Source: Desulfomonilia bacterium
Lineage (GTDB): Bacteria; Desulfobacterota; Desulfomonilia; UBA1062
Length of the DNA: 64,000 nucleotides
Assembly (NCBI GenBank): GCA_050014195.1
Contig: JBEKDT010000005.1
Coordinates: 1-64,000, forward strand
Direction of reading: 5' to 3'
Shown here one piece after another: positions 59,249 to 64,000 of this stretch. Every line of letters begins with the position of its first letter. Positions within the stretch are counted from its first letter, which is position 1. The position numbers and the translations under genes were made by a program. Under the pieces are notes generated by a model. That model was not told the origin of the DNA. It did not search any database and was given only the letters and a program-made list of their open reading frames with translations.

Positions 59249-60157
59249 ATGTTTTGTTGTGCTTTGATCCAGAGGTTGAAATTTTCTCAGGTCATTTTGT
59301 GGATCTGCGTTGCAATCACCCTTTCGGGAACTGGCTTTGCTGAGGACCGGCTGTTGCCCTTAGACCTCTCATCGGTCCCTGCTGAGACACGTAACCAGCT
59401 GCCGCTCCCTTACGGCTTAGCAGTGAATTATACCTATGTGAGCGAGAATCTCGACATAAGAAAATTCAACCTCCAGCTTAACGGCAATCCAGTCCCAACA
59501 GGTCTTGTAAGTCTAGACAGATTGCAACAAAGGACTGATGCTGAGACCTTCCGTGTAGACGCCTGGCTGATGTCTTTTCTTGATCTTTACGGCATCGGAG
59601 GCTTTGTCAACGGGACCGCCAATAACTTAGACATTAACATGGCTAATCAAGCACAGATTGCTTCTAATCCTTCTTATCTAAAATACCTGCAAAACCTGCC
59701 TACAGGCATGCTATCTGGGCTATCGTCCGATTTATCTTCTTTATCTTCTATTGACTACCATGGGACGGTCTATGGTTTTGGAGGTATGCTTGGTGGCGGA
59801 TATGGGCCTTTCTTCTACAGCTATGATGTGAATTTCACATGGACCAATATTAATAGGCTCCAAACCTCAGTGGATACCCTGATCCAGAAGGTAAGGATTC
59901 AATACAAGACGGATGCCTTTGGGAACAAAGTTTTTGTTTACACCGGAGCGTCTAATGAGGATATCAAGGCAAGGCAGTCGGGTACGTATAATTTAAGTGG
60001 GACTCACCTTGAATACTCCCTAGAGGCACGTTCGGATCATCCATGGAACGCCCTTATAGGCGGAGGGTTGGAGTTCACTCCACACTGGAATCTGACCTTG
60101 GAAGATGGGTTCAGCGGGAGAACCCAGATTACATCATCACTGGGATATCGATTCTGA
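59249..60157 (+). CDS. putative outer-membrane beta-barrel protein
   Basis: Signal peptide ending GFA, LPLPYG motif, amphipathic strands, terminal SLGYRF (BAM signal). AGGAGG RBS. Confidence 0.75.
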   Translation: MFCCALIQRLKFSQVILWICVAITLSGTGFAEDRLLPLDLSSVPAETRNQLPLPYGLAVNYTYVSENLDIRKFNLQLNGNPVPTGLVSLDRLQQRTDAETFRVDAWLMSFLDLYGIGGFVNGTANNLDINMANQAQIASNPSYLKYLQNLPTGMLSGLSSDLSSLSSIDYHGTVYGFGGMLGGGYGPFFYSYDVNFTWTNINRLQTSVDTLIQKVRIQYKTDAFGNKVFVYTGASNEDIKARQSGTYNLSGTHLEYSLEARSDHPWNALIGGGLEFTPHWNLTLEDGFSGRTQITSSLGYRF

Positions 60158-60181
60158 TGCAGCCTTGATAAAACATTCACA

Positions 60182-61819
60182 TCAACGATCCTCAATACTC
60201 ATCTCAATACAGGTAAGTGAGTGAGCAGGAAGCTGAATATCAAAGGCAGCTCCGCTTCCTTCACGGGTAATCTTAATTGCTTTATTACTCCTTCTGATCT
60301 GTATCGCATTGGGTTCAGTGTAGGTATTATATTGAACAGGATTGGAATGTGACATTTCCAGATAGTTATCAACAGAGATGACCCTGATACCCTTTAAGAG
60401 GCACGCGGCATTTACTGCAGCATCATAATGCCGATTTACCAGAAAGAGTGACAGTTTGTTATCGGTCCGAGTTGTTGATAGATCAAGCACAGGAAGTCCC
60501 GTCTCGTGAGGGATGACCGGGCAATCTACATGGCTTGAAAGGAGCATCTCGCCGGCATGCTCGGTGTACATTTTGAAGACAAGTCCGGAAGGGGTGAGGA
60601 ATGTGCCCTGAGGGCTTGAGCATATGATACCGATGCAATTTACCATTTGAGAGAGGTTGGCGAGCGGCATTTCCGGGCCGTAGCGATGGAACATGTTCAA
60701 CATACTTGCCACCCATAAACCATCCCTAAGATTAAAATTGGCCTCGATTACATCGGAGTAAAAGGCATACCATAGATTCCATTCATCAAATACCAGTGCG
60801 ATCTTCTTCCCCGCCGGGGAATGTGTTCTGACGTCTCTGGTGTTATCGGCCACAAAATCTTCCATATACCGGAGAGAACCGAGAATGTCATAATAGACTT
60901 TTCTGGAACCGCTCCGTTCACGGTGAAGAAACTGGTGGAGAATATGATATCTGATCGTATAAAAAAAGTTGGGTCCATAGAGGTGAACCGATAAGTAATC
61001 CATCTCCCTTCCAGCCCCTGCCAGCACCGTCCGATTGATGTCATCACGCCTCCCAAGTACAGCCATCATGATCGGGTTGACATCATCACGCTTCCTAGAA
61101 GGCCACATGGTGCCGCATCCGATGAGTTTTATCTTCGGATCAACCCGCCGCATGGCCCGTGCATATTCATTGAAGGTTATTACGTATTGAGCCGGGTTCA
61201 TGTGTCCGGTCTCAAAAAACGAGAACATCTCATTGCCAACAGCCCAATACTTTACTCCGTAAGGCTCCGGATGGCCGTTTTGCGAACGCAGAGCACCCCA
61301 GCGTGAGTCCCTCGGTCCATTACAGTATTCCACCCAGGCGGCCGCCTCTTCGGCTGTGCCTGAGCCCACATTGACGGTAAGCTGAGGTTCCGCACCGACC
61401 TCTTTGCACAACTCCATGAACTCGTCTGTGCCGAAGTGATTGTCTTCCAGCGGGCCAAGATGCTTACCCAGCACCGGGAATCTATTCCATGCCTTGTTCT
61501 TCACCCTGGGTCTCCGGGCTCTCGGCCCTATCCCGTCCTGCCAATGGTACGTGTCAGCAAAACACCCTCCGGGATACCGGATCAAGGGGGGATGAATTGA
61601 TTTTATGGCATCTACAAGTTCGGGGCGCACGGCGCCGAGAAACATTTCCGGTGACTCTCCTTCAGCCCAAATACCACCATTGATACACTTTCCGAGATGC
61701 TCGATGGAATGACCATACTGTGTGCGAGGCAAAGCATGAAGCACTTCAGGTTCTATGGTAATCGAGGCCCGCAAGGGTCTGTCTGCAAGTCCCTTTCCGC
61801 TGGATCTGTTAAATGCCAT
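60182..61819 (-). CDS. GH51 alpha-L-arabinofuranosidase
   Basis: IEHLG, RYPGGCF..YHWQDGIGP, FGTDEF, WVEYCN, VGNE, FDEWN, SQMVN. Confidence 0.9.
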   Translation of the reverse strand: MAFNRSSGKGLADRPLRASITIEPEVLHALPRTQYGHSIEHLGKCINGGIWAEGESPEMFLGAVRPELVDAIKSIHPPLIRYPGGCFADTYHWQDGIGPRARRPRVKNKAWNRFPVLGKHLGPLEDNHFGTDEFMELCKEVGAEPQLTVNVGSGTAEEAAAWVEYCNGPRDSRWGALRSQNGHPEPYGVKYWAVGNEMFSFFETGHMNPAQYVITFNEYARAMRRVDPKIKLIGCGTMWPSRKRDDVNPIMMAVLGRRDDINRTVLAGAGREMDYLSVHLYGPNFFYTIRYHILHQFLHRERSGSRKVYYDILGSLRYMEDFVADNTRDVRTHSPAGKKIALVFDEWNLWYAFYSDVIEANFNLRDGLWVASMLNMFHRYGPEMPLANLSQMVNCIGIICSSPQGTFLTPSGLVFKMYTEHAGEMLLSSHVDCPVIPHETGLPVLDLSTTRTDNKLSLFLVNRHYDAAVNAACLLKGIRVISVDNYLEMSHSNPVQYNTYTEPNAIQIRRSNKAIKITREGSGAAFDIQLPAHSLTCIEMSIEDR

Positions 61820-61861
61820 GTCCTTATTCTACAGAATGTTTTTATTTTGTGAAGCATTTAC

Positions 61862-62107
61862 ATGAGAAACACTCATGAAGTGATTCGACGAGTCGAATCG
61901 CGTCATGATCTCATGAATTCCGGTACCGGCCCAATACTAAACATTTTCTCACCAGGGCTGCTTGGACTTGGTTGCAGTTTTCTTGCAGGCCTTTCGGCAT
62001 TACGCTGGCTGTCACACTGGCTTGAGCAAGGTCGCTTGCATTACTTCGGCTACTACTGCCTATTCGCCTCTTCGGTTGTGCTATTGTTGCATGCCATGGG
62101 ATACTGA
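61862..62107 (+). pseudogene. C-terminal fragment of undecaprenyl-diphosphate phosphatase (UppP/BacA)
   Basis: SFLAGLSALRWL......RLHYFGYYC matches the last two TMs of UppP. The N-terminal part is absent. Confidence 0.6.
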
Positions 62108-62210
62108 ATACCTTAGGTTAATAACTCAAGGTACATCGTTTTCTCTTTTGATCATAAAGGTCAAACTATAGATTTCATCTAAGAGTGGTATTCATCGTTT
62201 TCCGGTTATC

Positions 62211-62240
62211 TTGACATATCTCCCCTTGGGTAGGTATAAA
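62211..62240 (+). promoter_or_regulatory. sigma70-like promoter
   Basis: TTGACA-N18-TATAAA upstream of the NlpC/P60 gene. Confidence 0.4.
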
Positions 62241-62317
62241 TGAATTCCTAGAATGGCGGCCCAATATTCTGGCCCGAGTTAATGACTGAGAAACTGTGAT
62301 TGAGGGGGTATGTCATT

Positions 62318-63157
62318 ATGAGGAGATTCATTCTAGGTCCAGTTATATGTGCATTGATCCTTGGGTTTATCTGGGCAGATTTTGGGCAGGCTGCTCAAGC
62401 ACAAACAACCAGCAAGAAGGAGGTAAAATCTGTAGCTGCAAAGAAACACAAAAACTCTAAGAAGATAACAAACATGCAGGCTAGACTCTCAAGCAAGAAA
62501 ACGAATGCTTCCAAGAAAAAGACTAAGCATGCATTAGCAGGCGATGGCAACAAGACCCATAGAAAGACCGTACACGCAAAGAATACGAAAACTACCAAAG
62601 CACATAAGCGCAATCATACACAGTCATCAAGTTCACATACCGATATCAAACCAGCCCTAGACTACGAGCTTCCAACTATGCCGCCTTCAGACCTTTGGCT
62701 GGCAAAAGATTCTCCTGATCTATACAAAGAGGTGATGTATGATGGGCAATTGGATGAGCAAACCATCAAGATCCTTGAATCAGCATACAGCTATCTTGGA
62801 ACTCCATACCGTTGGGGAGGAACGACGCCGAGTGGATTTGATTGTTCCGGGTTCGTTAGGTATGTGTTCAATGAGAATGGTATCCCATTGAGCAGGTCAT
62901 CGCAAGTACAGGCACACGAAGGGAAGTCAGTCAGCCTGTCTGACCTGAGACCGGGGGACCTCATCTTCTTCAAAATGCACCACCGGATCAGGGACCACTA
63001 CCGTGTCAACCATGTTGGGCTCTATGTCGGGAATGGTCAATTTATCCATGCCTCATGTAATTCCCGTACCCATGCGATCACAGTCGAAGACCTCGATTCG
63101 GAGCACTACTTTCCCAGGATCGTGGAGGTCCGGAGGGTTCTCGAAAATATGAATTAG
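62318..63157 (+). CDS. NlpC/P60 (C40) peptidoglycan endopeptidase with Lys/His-rich linker
   Basis: Signal peptide, LGTPYRWGG..GFDCSG, PGDLIFF, HVGLY.G..FIHA. Confidence 0.92.
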   Translation: MRRFILGPVICALILGFIWADFGQAAQAQTTSKKEVKSVAAKKHKNSKKITNMQARLSSKKTNASKKKTKHALAGDGNKTHRKTVHAKNTKTTKAHKRNHTQSSSSHTDIKPALDYELPTMPPSDLWLAKDSPDLYKEVMYDGQLDEQTIKILESAYSYLGTPYRWGGTTPSGFDCSGFVRYVFNENGIPLSRSSQVQAHEGKSVSLSDLRPGDLIFFKMHHRIRDHYRVNHVGLYVGNGQFIHASCNSRTHAITVEDLDSEHYFPRIVEVRRVLENMN

Positions 63158-63368
63158 GTAAATGGTAAGAACGGTACCTGGTACTATATCAAGTACAGCG
63201 TAAGAAAAAAAAGATGAAAGGAATAGCTTTCTTGTGCTGTGAATTCCTTTTAATATAATGATATTAATAATGATAAAGGCAACAAAGATTCTGTGATTTG
63301 CCTCAAGTGACTATTCCGATATTCCGATCTCTTGCATTGCTTCCCACTTCATGCTTAAGGATCGAACT

Positions 63369-64000
63369 ATGAACAGACATAGACTGCTAACCTATATTCC
63401 GGCCCTGGTGCTTGTGATCTTGCTTTGCCTTGCTGGAGGGTGGGATCCGGCATATACCGCAGACCAGAAGGTATTCGTGCTCTGTTATCATTCCTTCCTC
63501 GGTAACAAGCGCTTTGGTGGTGATATTTCCATGCAGGAGCTCCGCTCTCAAATGGATTACTTCCAGAGCAAGGGGTTCCATTTCATCTCGTTTGCCGATC
63601 TCCTCGAAGGCTCGGTCACAGGGACACAGAACCTGCTTCTCGTTATTGACGATGGGAATCAGAGTGTCTACCCTGCCTATCAGGAGATTCTCAAGCCCCG
63701 GCATATCAAGCCCATGCTGGCTATTTATCCATCCATTATCGGGAAAAAGTCCTTTGCCCTTACCTGGGATCAATTGAAGGAACTCTCAAAAGATGGGTGC
63801 GATATTGCTGCCCATGGGTACTACCATGAACTCATGAACCAGAAATTCTATGATAAAGATAAGAAAGGGTTTCTCAGGGAGATCTACGACGCTAAAGAGA
63901 CCCTGGAGAAAAACCTGAATAAGAAGATCACGGCCTTTGTATATCCGAACGGGGTACGAGCCGACATTACGAAAAAGACATTAAAAGATGCAGGATATTC
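63369..64000 (+). CDS. polysaccharide deacetylase (CE4, IcaB/PgaB-like), runs off the window
   Basis: ATG at 63369, signal/anchor, VLCYHS, IDDG, AHGYYH, FVYPNG. No stop before 64000, so absent from the ORF track. Confidence 0.85.
   Translation, partial: MNRHRLLTYIPALVLVILLCLAGGWDPAYTADQKVFVLCYHSFLGNKRFGGDISMQELRSQMDYFQSKGFHFISFADLLEGSVTGTQNLLLVIDDGNQSVYPAYQEILKPRHIKPMLAIYPSIIGKKSFALTWDQLKELSKDGCDIAAHGYYHELMNQKFYDKDKKGFLREIYDAKETLEKNLNKKITAFVYPNGVRADITKKTLKDAGY

Noticed and set aside
7017-63777. Numerous long antisense/overlapping ORFs in the track (e.g. 15562-16389, 16564-17403, 34575-35462, 63387-63773)
   Set aside because: They are shadows of GC-rich genes with clear motifs on the other strand or frame and have no motifs of their own.

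Overview
A chromosomal window from a Gram-negative anaerobe, most consistent with Desulfobacterota/Deltaproteobacteria (inferred from PEP-CTERM, a lipid A acyltransferase, sigma54 boxes, NifSU, Fe-S/Mo enzymes and a multi-PAS hybrid kinase). It holds about 55 protein genes; I found no rRNA, tRNA, CRISPR array or intact mobile element. Main blocks: (1) a HEAT-repeat/HD-GYP pair with a sigma28-like promoter; (2) three tandem CxxC+C PP-loop sulfur-insertases (ThiI/TrmU-like, MnmA, LarE) followed by an orphan HydE-type radical SAM gene, with a divergent MOSC gene; (3) a FadR-controlled redox operon (Zn-ADH, acetylene-hydratase-clade Mo/W enzyme with an apparent Ser ligand, Fe-S protein, OYE/BaiCD-like flavoenzyme) followed by duplicated YihG-like acyltransferases; (4) nifS-nifU-cysE, Memo-like, bTHX (too short for the ORF track) and hslO; (5) an AT-richer patchwork at about 33.1-41.6 kb with a repeat lipoprotein, a 5'-truncated PEP-CTERM gene, a duplicated promoter-like segment and an IS remnant; (6) a co-directional run of Mo enzyme, CDO-like cupin, DUF362, PHP-kinase fusion and nucleoside phosphorylase; (7) MMPL, acyl-CoA ligase, a two-component pair, GH51, NlpC/P60 and a polysaccharide deacetylase. 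Blocks 2, 3 and 6 are the best candidates for undescribed systems. All functional calls come from motif recognition by eye, not database searches.
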